DNA from: Planctomycetota bacterium
GTDB lineage: Bacteria; Planctomycetota; GCA-002687715; CAIWVZ01
Length of the DNA stretch: 64,000 nucleotides
Direction of reading: 5' to 3'
NCBI GenBank assembly: GCA_044222185.1
Contig: JBGANV010000011.1
Span: 1 to 64,000 of the forward strand
How positions within the stretch are numbered: position 1 is the first letter of the stretch; the number at the start of each line of letters is the position of its first letter. Made by a program: the position numbers and the translations under genes. This document shows positions 49,901-58,722 of the stretch, in pieces. The notes under the pieces are model-generated. The model had not been told where the DNA came from and searched no databases. It worked only from the letters and a program-made list of their open reading frames with translations.

Positions 49901-50262
49901 ATGAGTTGCGTCCTCAACGGGACCTTCTCGAGAAACGGTTCACGCCCTTTCGCGAAGGAGGCGAGCCAGGTGGGCTTGTCGAAGGCGAGCGCATAGCCGA
50001 GTTCGAACCCGACGTTGGCATTGGGCCGATCGAGGACGGCGACGAACCCGTCAGCCTCGCGGATCGGTCCGAGCACGTGCTCATCCGGTATGTTCCCTTG
50101 GGCGCCCGCCAAGCCCGGGACGATCGCGCGCATGTCCCGCACGCGCTTCTCAGGATCGGCCACATTGCTGAGGAGGTCTTTGATGCGCCTGACCGACATG
50201 TCGTAGGCGATGAACAGCCGCGGACCGGTCACGACGGCCGGCGCGGGGTCAGGTGCGGGCAT
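46939..50262 (-). CDS. NLR-like protein B, paralog of 43249..46584, same architecture
   Basis: ATG 50262 after GGAG; NANVGFELGYA; GEPGAGKTT; LLDGLDE; NPLLL; FLHLCFQEFLAA; GLYDMHGNVWEW, RVLRGGSW, GFR. Confidence 0.9.
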   Translation of the reverse strand: MPAPDPAPAVVTGPRLFIAYDMSVRRIKDLLSNVADPEKRVRDMRAIVPGLAGAQGNIPDEHVLGPIREADGFVAVLDRPNANVGFELGYALAFDKPTWLASFAKGREPFLEKVPLRTQLIPPFTSASELREIVEAQDPLPKLASPPPRGPKLLLLCPTTGAGQDLRERLRGDAPRWVPFDEDEWSLSDMPRLLDGVGTVVWAYVPPTPADVRDGDENAALAVLAGYAHGRGLGLKFWHYGVLGEDRLLADLSGIRRLLPDFKAVKKEVATVEAMRGKDEYTAAVEDYRKRAAEAFRTFRPLGFEGRFRVEIGFDELFFDMNCRHRAVGDRDLDGRGIPLAKAFDRIGKLAACRGVILLGEPGAGKTTQLRRLLRWVASRQRTESGSALDGLLPIFVSLRDIDPKHAGDQLTAKALVTRAIKAVGIQPSSKDVDEIVRSENLLLLLDGLDEIRDPKQRVSAAKAVVALAEKHRVAATCRYAGYEAVKSSFEDGFLVLEVPALNAEQADAFVVRWYEAVETAGEVPDRAKAVTGARDTAARLNAEIAAGNRAKGLRDLTGNPLLLTAVCLVHRDVKRLPNGRAELYELCVRILLEQWTRDKKSGLDMSTADAQSILQQLALWLHQEQGRQSATTEDLEPVLDQPLRRLRWDKGVAPFLEHIRDETGLVTDAIGGGFKFLHLCFQEFLAACELHQQAFDDRKAIPNLAARLHESWWQEVTALLLAQKQSTPFRSYFEAAAKLPAFGDAANLTFLKDAVQDATKPSPDPFLKTLQARPSTRRSEWPRQLAALELLKWRWPEELRGLKERFAKKPHPYRAIQEALELPIQKTLTKRVARGAAKSQRLLVAETPAVRTTPAEPLTLVLGRARLELALIPCGTFMMGSREGEPGRRDSEGPQHSVTLTREFYIGRSPVTNEQYAEFLKSTDKPTSVSEPAYWRDKRFNSSLQPVVGVSWHDAKAFCDWAGRAAPTGFIGALPTEAQWEYACRAGTSSAYWSGDDPAALSAVGWFSGTSGGRPPEVREKRPNGFGLYDMHGNVWEWCADGFSAYSADPQQDPKGNDRSAARVLRGGSWGSGAARCRSAARFGSLPDGRLVFIGFRFVLSLPRAR

Positions 50263-50565
50263 GAAATCTCTCCACGTCCATGGGATGTGGGCGGGATTGT
50301 ACTCAGGGTCGCCGGCTCGCCCGGCGAGCGCGCCGCACGGACGCCTGACGCTGCGCACGAGGTGCCGCGCCGTCGTACATGCGCCCGGACTGGCCTCCGG
50401 AACAGACCGCGAGAACGCTGAGAGGCGGGTCCCTCTCTCCGTAGCCGAAGCTACTGCCGACGAACCGAGCAGGCTACGAACTCGAGCTAATGTCGCCGAA
50501 GGACGTAGATCGGGATAAGTGCGCTCCGGCGTTCGAATCCGTCCCACTTCACCAAGCGAGATGCC

Positions 50566-51513
50566 ATGCGGCCGAAGCCCACTCGTTTCCTGTTGCCACT
50601 TGCCGCGCTTTCCGTGCTGATCGCGGCCAGCGTCGTCCCACGCAGCGCGAATGAAAATCAACCGAATGCACCCACCGCCCGACCCGCGAAAGATGGCGTG
50701 ACCATCGCGCTGGCCGACTGGCCGGCGTCACAGGCCGCTCGCCGCGGCCGGGTGGTTTACGAGGAGAACTGCATCGGGTGCCACGGTCAGGAAGGCAAGG
50801 GCGACGGCCCCGCATCCCTCAACCTGAATCCCGTGCCGCGCAACTTCCAGAAGGCCAAGTTCAAGTTCCGCTCGTCCGAGTCGGGACAGCTGCCCTTCGA
50901 AGAGGACCTGCTGCGAACCGTCGAATGCGGCCTGCCGGGCTCGTCGATGCCGGGCTTCCCGCTGCTGCCTCAGCAACAGCGCAAGGATGTGGTCGCCTAC
51001 GTCCTCGACGTGGCCGTCTTCGGACGAGCCAAGGTCCTGGCGGAGGCACAGGCTCAGGATGAAGGCCTCACCCGCGAGCAACTCGTGGCGAAGATGCCCG
51101 AGCTCGCTGAGAAGACCCGCGCGAGTCAGCTCGGCGGGCGCAAGAAGGTGATCGTTCCGCCGGCCGTGCCGGCGACGCCCGAGCTCATCGAGCGCGGTCG
51201 CCAGCTGTATGCGAAGCAGTGCGCATCCTGCCACGGAGACACGGGTCGCGGCGACGGCACGTCAGCCTTCGCACTCCGCGACTGGTCGGACGCGGAGATC
51301 CGCCCGCGTGACTTCACGACCGGCGTGTTCCGCGCGGGCAGCACCGCACAGGACCTGTTCCTGCGCATGCGCACCGGGCTCAACGGAACACCCATGCCCG
51401 CGTCCAACGAGAACGACGAGACCGTGTGGTCCATCGTTCATTACATCCTCAGCCTCAAGACCCCAGGCACCATCCCGAACACGCGACGGATGGGCTGCGA
51501 CCGCGGGAACTGA
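50566..51513 (+). CDS. Exported diheme cytochrome c, first gene of the cbb3 operon
   Basis: N-terminal hydrophobic segment; CIGCH and CASCH; distal Met motifs GSSMP and GTPMP. Confidence 0.9.
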   Translation: MRPKPTRFLLPLAALSVLIAASVVPRSANENQPNAPTARPAKDGVTIALADWPASQAARRGRVVYEENCIGCHGQEGKGDGPASLNLNPVPRNFQKAKFKFRSSESGQLPFEEDLLRTVECGLPGSSMPGFPLLPQQQRKDVVAYVLDVAVFGRAKVLAEAQAQDEGLTREQLVAKMPELAEKTRASQLGGRKKVIVPPAVPATPELIERGRQLYAKQCASCHGDTGRGDGTSAFALRDWSDAEIRPRDFTTGVFRAGSTAQDLFLRMRTGLNGTPMPASNENDETVWSIVHYILSLKTPGTIPNTRRMGCDRGN

Positions 51514-51515
51514 CC

Positions 51516-52967
51516 ATGACATCCATAGCTGCAACACTCGAATCTGCTGGGGCCGTGGATCAGCCCCTCGTTCACAAGAAACTGGTCCAGTGGCACCTCA
51601 TCTGCGGCTTGTTCTTCTTCCTCACGTCCGTCGTGTGGGGAGCGCTGTTCTCGCTGCAGTTCCTCGACCTCTACCCGCTCCAGGGCATCTCGTTCTTCAG
51701 CCCGGGCCGCGTGCGCCTCTTGCACACGAACGAAGTGGCCTACGGGTTCCTCGTGAACGGCTTCCTCGGAATCCTCTACTACGTGATTCCCCGCCTGACG
51801 GGCCGCCCGGTCCTGAGCGAAAAGCTCGGGTGGCTCATCCTCGTCGTCTGGCAGACCGTGACGCTGCTGACCTCCATCGGCCAGTTGCTCGGGTTCACCC
51901 AGGCCATCGAGTGGGGTGAGACGCCGACGGGATTCCGCCCGGGCTCGTGGGACCTGAACTACGTCCCGGTGGACTTCCTCATCGAGCTGGGAGCGATCCT
52001 GGTCGCGCTCCAGTTCCTCACTCCGATCTTCAAGTCCGTCCACCAGCGCATGTACGTGTCGCTCTGGTACTACTCGTCGGGAATCGTGTGGCTCATCCTC
52101 ACCTACGTGATGGGCAACACGCTCGGCGAGTGGGTCTTCGCCGGCAGCTCGGGCGCGGCGACGGGAGGACTGTTCATTCACGACCTCGTCGGGCTGTTCG
52201 TGACGCCGATGGGTTGGGGATCGATGTACTTCTTCGTGCCGATCATCCTGCGCAAGCCCATCTGGAGCCATGCGCTGTCGGTCATCGGATTCTGGGCGCT
52301 CGCGTTCTTCTATCCGTTGAACGGCGTGCACCACTTCCTCCTGTCATCGATCCCCATGTCGGTGCAGTACGGCGCGGTCATCTCCACGATGGCCGTCGAG
52401 ATCGTCGTCACCACCGTGATCGTCAACTTCTTCGGCACCATGTGGGGAAGCGGCCACGCGCTGCGCAGCAACCTCCCCATCCGCTGGTTCTACACGGGCA
52501 TGGTCCTCTACTTCATCACGTGTCTGCAGTGCGCCTTCCAGACGACGCTGACGTTGCAGGAGATCATCCACTTCACGGACTGGGTCCCGGGACACGCGCA
52601 CCTCGTCATGCTCGGCGTGTTCGCGTTCTGGATCATCGGCGTGACGACGTGGCTGTGGCCGCGCCTCACCGGCAACGAGTGGTACAGCCGGCACCTGAAC
52701 GGTTGGCACTACTGGCTGTCGACGATCGGGCTCTTGATCATGTTCCTCGATCTGCTCTCGGCAGGTCTCGTGGCGGGCTACATGCAGAAGAACCTCTCGC
52801 CGTGGCTGCAGATCCTGTCCGCGCTCAAGCCGTTCTGGTGGATCCGCGGATTCGCGGGCGCCATGATCGTCGCGGGCCAGTTCATCTTCGCCTGGAACCT
52901 CTACAAGACTGCGCGGACGCCGAAGCCGTACGACTACCGCGTCGACCTCGTGTCGGGAGCTGCGTGA
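51516..52967 (+). CDS. ccoN: cbb3-type (family C) heme-copper oxidase catalytic subunit
   Basis: GRVRLLHTN, HDLVGLF, FYPLNGVHH, HFTDWVPGHAHL; about 12 TM. Confidence 0.9.
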   Translation: MTSIAATLESAGAVDQPLVHKKLVQWHLICGLFFFLTSVVWGALFSLQFLDLYPLQGISFFSPGRVRLLHTNEVAYGFLVNGFLGILYYVIPRLTGRPVLSEKLGWLILVVWQTVTLLTSIGQLLGFTQAIEWGETPTGFRPGSWDLNYVPVDFLIELGAILVALQFLTPIFKSVHQRMYVSLWYYSSGIVWLILTYVMGNTLGEWVFAGSSGAATGGLFIHDLVGLFVTPMGWGSMYFFVPIILRKPIWSHALSVIGFWALAFFYPLNGVHHFLLSSIPMSVQYGAVISTMAVEIVVTTVIVNFFGTMWGSGHALRSNLPIRWFYTGMVLYFITCLQCAFQTTLTLQEIIHFTDWVPGHAHLVMLGVFAFWIIGVTTWLWPRLTGNEWYSRHLNGWHYWLSTIGLLIMFLDLLSAGLVAGYMQKNLSPWLQILSALKPFWWIRGFAGAMIVAGQFIFAWNLYKTARTPKPYDYRVDLVSGAA

Positions 52968-52968
52968 T

Positions 52969-53835
52969 ATGGACCGCCTCAACCAGATCCTTCTCGTAGC
53001 CGGTCTCGGCTGTTTCGTCTTCGCCTTCCTGCTGTCGGGGCTCTACCCCTACATGATCACGGACGGCAAGACTCCGGAGGCGACGTACGCGCAGGTCGCG
53101 CAGGTCGTCTCGCCTGACTTCAAGGACCTGAAGGACGCCTTCCCGAACGATTTCACGAAGGCGTTCCAGGGTGCGGAAGCAGCGATGACGCCCCGCGAAC
53201 TCGCCACGATCCCCGCCAACGACCCGCGCCGCGCAGGCAGCGAGGACGCGTGGCGCAAGATCTACGCGACGGCGCTCCGTGACGGCCGCGACCTCTACAT
53301 CGCCGAAGCCTGCTGGCACTGCCACAGCCAGTACGTCCGTGCCGTCTCCAACGAGGACGTGCGCTGGGGTCCGCCCAGCACGAGCGAGCAGGACAACAAC
53401 GCCCTGCAGCGCCCCGTGCTGTGGGGCACTCGTCGCGTCGGTCCGGACCTCACCTATGAAGGCGGCGTCCGGTCGAACGACTGGCACATCGCCCACTTCC
53501 TCGATCCGAAGAGCACGTCGCCCGGTTCGGTCATGCCGGCCTACACGTGGTATTTCGCCTCGGGTTTCGAGGTCCGCCGCAAGGTGGCACCCGACATCGC
53601 CGAACGCGAAGGCATCGCACCGGACAAGAGCTACAGCTACCCCGGCATCTACGACACCAGGCAGGAGGCCGAGCGAGCGATGGAGCAGATCCGCACCTCG
53701 CTGCCGAACACGCTTGCCGGCGAGCGAGATCGCCTGTTCGTCGCGGAGGCCCAGCGGCCGACCGCCAAGCTCCTCTCCCTGATCGCGTACCTCCAGTGGC
53801 TGGGCACGTGGCAGCCGCAGAAGGCGGAGCGCTGA
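52969..53835 (+). CDS. ccoO: cbb3-type oxidase subunit II (monoheme)
   Basis: GRDLYIAEACWHCHSQYVR, LWGTRRVGPDL, WHIAHFLDP..PGSVMPAY. Confidence 0.92.
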   Translation: MDRLNQILLVAGLGCFVFAFLLSGLYPYMITDGKTPEATYAQVAQVVSPDFKDLKDAFPNDFTKAFQGAEAAMTPRELATIPANDPRRAGSEDAWRKIYATALRDGRDLYIAEACWHCHSQYVRAVSNEDVRWGPPSTSEQDNNALQRPVLWGTRRVGPDLTYEGGVRSNDWHIAHFLDPKSTSPGSVMPAYTWYFASGFEVRRKVAPDIAEREGIAPDKSYSYPGIYDTRQEAERAMEQIRTSLPNTLAGERDRLFVAEAQRPTAKLLSLIAYLQWLGTWQPQKAER

Positions 53836-53837
53836 AC

Positions 53838-54152
53838 ATGGACCGACCCATCGAGACCTCCCGTCAGAGTGTTCGCCGTCGATGGATCCTCAGGGTCTTC
53901 CTCGTCGGAGCGATCCTCTCCGGCGTCGGATTCGCGGTGAAGATCTTCGAGTTCCTGCAGGACCTGCTGAACTCGAACGGCCTTCACTTCGCCGGCGCCC
54001 ACCTCGCCGTCTACGCCTTCGTCGCGGGCGGCTTCCTTCTGCTCTTGACCTACGGGTTCCTGAAGGGCCACTTCTCCGACATTGAAAAACCGAAGTTCGA
54101 CATGCTCGAACGGGAGATCACCAATGACCGACAAGAGTTCGGGCGATCTTGA
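53838..54152 (+). CDS. Small 2-TM protein with CcoS-like C-terminal motif
   Basis: ATG 53838; two hydrophobic helices; GHFSDIEKPKFDML resembles CcoS GQFDD-type motif. Confidence 0.6.
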   Translation: MDRPIETSRQSVRRRWILRVFLVGAILSGVGFAVKIFEFLQDLLNSNGLHFAGAHLAVYAFVAGGFLLLLTYGFLKGHFSDIEKPKFDMLEREITNDRQEFGRS

Positions 54153-54312
54153 GGCCGCGGCCGGCAGCGATCAGAAGGAGTACCCGTTCGGGTACGGCCA
54201 CGGACGCATGCCGTTCTTCATGAAGGTCGTGTGGGTTGCCTTCCTGGCCTTCTGCACCTGGTACATCGTTCAATACCTGTTGACCGCCGTTGGCAAGGAA
54301 CTCGCGAAGTGA
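54124..54312 (+). CDS. 62-aa single-TM protein, CcoP-N-terminus/CcoQ-like
   Basis: ATG 54124 after GGGAG; EYPFGYGHGRMPFFMKVVWVAFLAFCTWY. Confidence 0.55.
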   Translation: MTDKSSGDLEAAAGSDQKEYPFGYGHGRMPFFMKVVWVAFLAFCTWYIVQYLLTAVGKELAK

Positions 54313-56476
54313 ACCGCACGACGAACGATTCCACTCGCAAGCGGAGTCGTTCGTCTGCACGCACTGCGGACTGGAGATACCGGTCCGCAGTCGCAGCGTG
54401 GCGCCCACGCCCGGGCAGCCGCTTTTTTGCTGCGTAGGCTGTCGCCTCGCCGCGGCCGTCGGCGGTCGCACGGACGGTGTCCGCAAGTTCCTCGAGGCGC
54501 GCCTCCTCCTTTCCGCGTTCCTCTCCATGGGCGTCATGGAGTTCACGCTCGTTCTTTACGGCGAGGGGTTCTACGACGTGGCCTCGGATCCGTCGGCGGC
54601 ACTCTTCCGGCGCCTGGGGCAGTTCGGCATCGCCGCCTTCGCGTTCCCTGTGATGCTGCTGCTCGGCGTGCCGCTCATGCGCGGCGCGTGGGCCGATCTG
54701 CGCCAAGGCCTGGTGCGCATGGACGGACTCATCGTCATCGGCACCGTTGCCGCGTTCGCGCTCTCGGTCTACCACACGATCATCGGCGTCGGCCAGGTGT
54801 ACTACGAGACGGCGACCATGGTCCTCGTGCTCGTGATGTTCGGGCGGCGGCTCGAGGCGCACGCTCGGTCGCAAGGGCGCGAGGCCGCGAAGGCCCTTCG
54901 ACTCGCGCTTCCCGAACGCGCACACCGCGTGACGTCCGCCTCCGAGACGGCTGACGTGGATGCGGATGCACTCGTCGCGGGCGACCGGATCCGGATCCTT
55001 CCCGGGGAGAACATCCCGGCCGACGTGCGGATCGACGCAGGGTCGAGCGCCGTCGTCGCCAGCCACCTGACGGGCGAGGAACGGCCCGTCGACGTGACCA
55101 CCGGAGCGGACGTCCCCGCTGGCGCGATCAACGGATTCGGTGCGCTCGATGCCACCGTCGTGCGACCGTGGCGCGACGGGGGTCTCGGGCGGATCCTCGC
55201 GCACCTGGACTCCCCTCTCCCGCCGACGCGACTGAGCCGGCTCGTGGATCGCATCGCGACGCACCTCGTGTGGATCTCGTTGGCGCTGGCGATCGTCGGC
55301 GGAATCCGCTCCGGCTTGCTCGGCGGCGCGGGCGCCGGACTGCGAACGGCCCTCTCCGTGCTCGTGGTCGCCTGCCCATGCGCCCTCGGGCTCGCGACGC
55401 CGCTGGCGTTTCGGGCCACGCGCGCCTCACTCGCGCGGCGGGGCGTACTCGTTCGCGATCCGGTGGCGATGGAGGTTGCGCCATCCATCGGCGCCGTCCT
55501 CCTCGACAAGACCGGCACGCTGACGTCGCCCGCGCCCAAGTTGCGCGCGACCGCCGCCAGTGATCCGGCCGCGTTCGCATGTCTGCGGACGCTCGTCAGC
55601 CACTCGGGACACGCGCTCGGCGCCGGACTCGACCGCTCCGGTGCGGCACCGGCGCAGCTTCGAGTCGTTCCGGGGTGCGGCGTCGAAGGCGTCGTCGACG
55701 GAGTGTTCGGCCGTGCCGGCAGTCCGCGCTGGCTCCAATCCCTCGGGGCGACGGCGTCCGCGGCGTTGGGGGCCGAACTCGCGGAGATCCAGGCGAGTGG
55801 CGACTCGGCGATCGCGTTCGCCTCCGACGGCACCGTCCGCGCCGTCGCGGCCGTCGCACACGAGATCCGCCCCGGCGCGCGGGAGATGGTCAACGCGTTC
55901 CGCCAGCGCGGGATCCAAGTGGAGATCGCATCCGGCGATCGCAAATCCGCCGTCGCGGACGTCGCCGCCAGTCTCGGGATCGGCTTTCTCGCCGAGCTCG
56001 CTCCGGATCAGAAGCTCGCGCGGCTCGAAGCGATTCGGGCGAGCGGGTTGCGCGTCATGTCGGTGGGTGACGGCGTCAACGACGCCCCCATTCTTCGCGC
56101 GGCCGACGTGGGCGTGGCGGTGGCGACCGGGACGGCGGTTGCGCGCTCGCAGGCCCAGGTCGAGATCGTTGGCGACGACCTGCGAGGTCTGTGGCGGTTC
56201 CACCAGTCATCCGTCACGTTGAAGCGGACGGTCTACGGCAACATCGCGTGGTCGCTCATCTACAACGGCGCGGCGCTGGCGTTCGCGACCATGGGCCGCC
56301 TCCATCCGGCGGTCGCCGCGGCGGCCATGGTGATCTCGAGCGTCGTCGTGAGCGTACGCTCCTACCGGTTGATGGAGCCCGCGCCGGCACCGGTGAATCC
56401 AGCGCCGGCATCGGAGCACGGCCGCCAGTCTGTACCGCCGCAGCCATCCGCCCTGGCGACGGGGGCGACACCATGA
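54290..56476 (+). CDS. ccoI: Cu(I)-type P1B ATPase for cbb3 assembly (start uncertain)
   Basis: N-terminal CTHC..FCCVGC, TGE, ACPCALGLATP, DKTGT, GDGVND, YN and MxxSS. Confidence 0.88.
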   Translation: MARNSRSEPHDERFHSQAESFVCTHCGLEIPVRSRSVAPTPGQPLFCCVGCRLAAAVGGRTDGVRKFLEARLLLSAFLSMGVMEFTLVLYGEGFYDVASDPSAALFRRLGQFGIAAFAFPVMLLLGVPLMRGAWADLRQGLVRMDGLIVIGTVAAFALSVYHTIIGVGQVYYETATMVLVLVMFGRRLEAHARSQGREAAKALRLALPERAHRVTSASETADVDADALVAGDRIRILPGENIPADVRIDAGSSAVVASHLTGEERPVDVTTGADVPAGAINGFGALDATVVRPWRDGGLGRILAHLDSPLPPTRLSRLVDRIATHLVWISLALAIVGGIRSGLLGGAGAGLRTALSVLVVACPCALGLATPLAFRATRASLARRGVLVRDPVAMEVAPSIGAVLLDKTGTLTSPAPKLRATAASDPAAFACLRTLVSHSGHALGAGLDRSGAAPAQLRVVPGCGVEGVVDGVFGRAGSPRWLQSLGATASAALGAELAEIQASGDSAIAFASDGTVRAVAAVAHEIRPGAREMVNAFRQRGIQVEIASGDRKSAVADVAASLGIGFLAELAPDQKLARLEAIRASGLRVMSVGDGVNDAPILRAADVGVAVATGTAVARSQAQVEIVGDDLRGLWRFHQSSVTLKRTVYGNIAWSLIYNGAALAFATMGRLHPAVAAAAMVISSVVVSVRSYRLMEPAPAPVNPAPASEHGRQSVPPQPSALATGATP

Positions 56477-57147
56477 CCGTCGCTGCCGCACTCGTCACGG
56501 GGTTCCTCTTCGCGCTCGTGAACGCGGCGCACTGTGCCGGCATGTGTGGCGCGTTCGCGCTGCGGACCACGGCGTCGCCGCCGGCGTTCGCGCGGTTCTC
56601 GCTCTATGGCGCGGGCAAGCTCTTCACGTACATGTTCCTCGGATCGCTCGCGGGATTCCTCGGCGCCTCCGTCCTCAAATTCGGGGGACGCGCGCAGGTC
56701 GTGCTCGGGGTGGCCGTCGGCGCATGGCTCGCGCTCGCGGGAATCCGACTCCTCCGCAATCGGGCCGGCGCAACGGCCGGAGGTGCGGCGCTCGGTCAGT
56801 TTCTGCAACCGATCCTCGGAGGCATCAGGGAGGGCGAACTCCCCGGCGGCACGTTCGCCCTCGGTGCACTGACGAGCCTCCTCCCATGCGGTGTCGTGTA
56901 CGCGGCCGCGCTGCAAGCGGCGGCCACCGGAAATGTGCTGAGTGCCGTCGCGCTCATGTTCGGCTTCGGCGCGGGAACGTTGCCCGCCCTGGCTGGTGTC
57001 GCGTGGGTGGGTCGGGGATTCTCACGCCGGATCCCGGCCGCGGCATTTCGCCTGTTCGCCGGATCGATCATCCTTCTCATGGCTGCCGTGACGATCACTC
57101 GAGCGGTCATGCCACTTTTCACGAAGACAGGGTCATGCTGCCACTGA
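56473..57147 (+). CDS. DsbD_2 / TauE-SafE-like membrane protein of cbb3 assembly clusters
   Basis: ATGA overlap with ccoI; HCAGMCG, LLPCGVVY, MFGFGAGTLP. Confidence 0.85.
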   Translation: MTVAAALVTGFLFALVNAAHCAGMCGAFALRTTASPPAFARFSLYGAGKLFTYMFLGSLAGFLGASVLKFGGRAQVVLGVAVGAWLALAGIRLLRNRAGATAGGAALGQFLQPILGGIREGELPGGTFALGALTSLLPCGVVYAAALQAAATGNVLSAVALMFGFGAGTLPALAGVAWVGRGFSRRIPAAAFRLFAGSIILLMAAVTITRAVMPLFTKTGSCCH

Positions 57148-58127
57148 AGGACGTGGACCGCGTTCGCGTGCTCTCCGCCGTCGCCAAGCGTGGGGCCGTG
57201 TTTCAGGTCGTGCGGATCGCCGTCATCACGGCGTCCCTCGCGATCCTGCTCGCGATCCCCCTCTGCGAGCTGGTACGCATCGATCTCTGGCGCGGCCACC
57301 ACATCCTCCTCGGCCGCCAGGTCGACATCATCGCGGGGCTCAAGGGGTTCTGCGTCGCCATGGCGGTGCTCTACGGCCTGACGTTCCTGACGAACATGGT
57401 CGTCGGTCGGTTCTTCTGCGGATGGGGGTGCCCCGTCGGATACGTGAGCCGGCTCGGTGAGGACGTGGACCTGAAGAAGGGCAAGCGCCGCCGAGTGCTC
57501 AAGCATCTCGCCGGCGCGGGATTCGTCGCGACGTTCGTGGCGGCGGTCATGCTGTGGTGGGTCGATCCGCGCGTCATGGTCGACGGCTCGATGACGGCGC
57601 GGCTCGTCACAGCGGGCGTGTTCGTCGCTCTGTGGGCTGGTGGGTTCCTCCACGCGTTCGTCTGGCGGTTCGGGTTCTGCCGCAGTGTCTGCCCCATCGG
57701 GATCTACTACCAGTACGTCACCTCGAAGGCGCCCATCGGCATCGTGTTCGAGGAGGTGCCCAATCCCTGCATCCACTGCGGCGCGTGTGAGAAGGTCTGC
57801 CCCGTCGACCTGGATCCAAAGGCGCTCGGACATGAGATCCCCGACTCGGTGATCGAGACCGTCGACTCGGAGCCCGTCCGCTACGGCGACGCCGAGTGCC
57901 TGCGCTGCGGCGACTGCATCGAGGCCTGCAAGATGGTGTTTGCGAAGGACGAGACGGCCATCCCGCCGCTGCGGTTCGGGAAACTTCACGACGAGATCGG
58001 CAAGCCGCCCGAGGGTGGTGCCTGCCCGACGTCGAGCGCGCCGCGCAAGGCGATCGGAACGAGGCCGAAGACCGCGGAACGGCATCCGACCGCGCCGGTG
58101 AGCGACGAGATCAGCAGGCCTCGCTGA
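57135..58127 (+). CDS. ccoG: CcoG/FixG-like membrane ferredoxin
   Basis: GRFFCGWGCP, FCRSVCPIG, CIHCGACEKVCP, CLRCGDCIEAC; short, C-terminal Ig-like domain apparently absent. Confidence 0.8.
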   Translation: MLPLKDVDRVRVLSAVAKRGAVFQVVRIAVITASLAILLAIPLCELVRIDLWRGHHILLGRQVDIIAGLKGFCVAMAVLYGLTFLTNMVVGRFFCGWGCPVGYVSRLGEDVDLKKGKRRRVLKHLAGAGFVATFVAAVMLWWVDPRVMVDGSMTARLVTAGVFVALWAGGFLHAFVWRFGFCRSVCPIGIYYQYVTSKAPIGIVFEEVPNPCIHCGACEKVCPVDLDPKALGHEIPDSVIETVDSEPVRYGDAECLRCGDCIEACKMVFAKDETAIPPLRFGKLHDEIGKPPEGGACPTSSAPRKAIGTRPKTAERHPTAPVSDEISRPR

Positions 58128-58722
58128 ACGCCCCACCGGCCCGGCGCGGCGGGACACCAGGCCGCCGACCGGGACTGCAACACGCCCGGGTTTCGTGGCG
58201 AGCGAATGGGCAGCCTCGCCACGGACCGCGGCGACCTCGAAACGAAGGGCCGGAGACACGATCGCCGCCCGAGCTGCGACGCCGACGACCCGACCCGGCA
58301 TCCCGGACGGCTGCGGCCGCCACCCGACGGCGCCGCTCCGTCCGTGCGGATCGCTTCGGGCACCGGGGCCATTCTGCGCCGCGATCTCACCCTCGTGGCG
58401 CTCGTCCCGATCGTCTCAGGCTTGAGCGACGCCGGGCCCCTGGCCGGCCCAACGGACCTGCCGCCGATGCCCGCGGTTCAACCCGGGCGCGTGCGAGCCC
58501 GGGAGTGCGGGCAGCGGAGGCTCGGTCGCGCCCGATCGTCCAGATCGTTGCAACTCTGGCGCGGCCGGCGGCAACCCCAGAGGGCAACCCGTCGTCGTGC
58601 GCCCTCTCACCGGAACGGAAACGGGGAGTCCTGGTTGATGCGACGGGCACCCACCCTGACGATGCCCGCCGACCCGACGGCGCAGCGGGCGCGTCAGTTC
58701 AACGTCCAACGGAGTCCCGACC

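Noticed and set aside
50263-50565. FNR/Anr box upstream of the cbb3 operon
   Set aside because: No TTGAT-N4-ATCAA-like site visible
43035-50565. NLR pair as a discrete mobile element
   Set aside because: No integrase, transposase, tRNA or flanking direct repeats seen
54309-54350. Possible GTG start at 54309 coupled to the upstream stop, implying a frameshift in ccoI
   Set aside because: The frame from TTG 54290 is open through the CTHC motif, so no frameshift is needed; cannot be decided without reads
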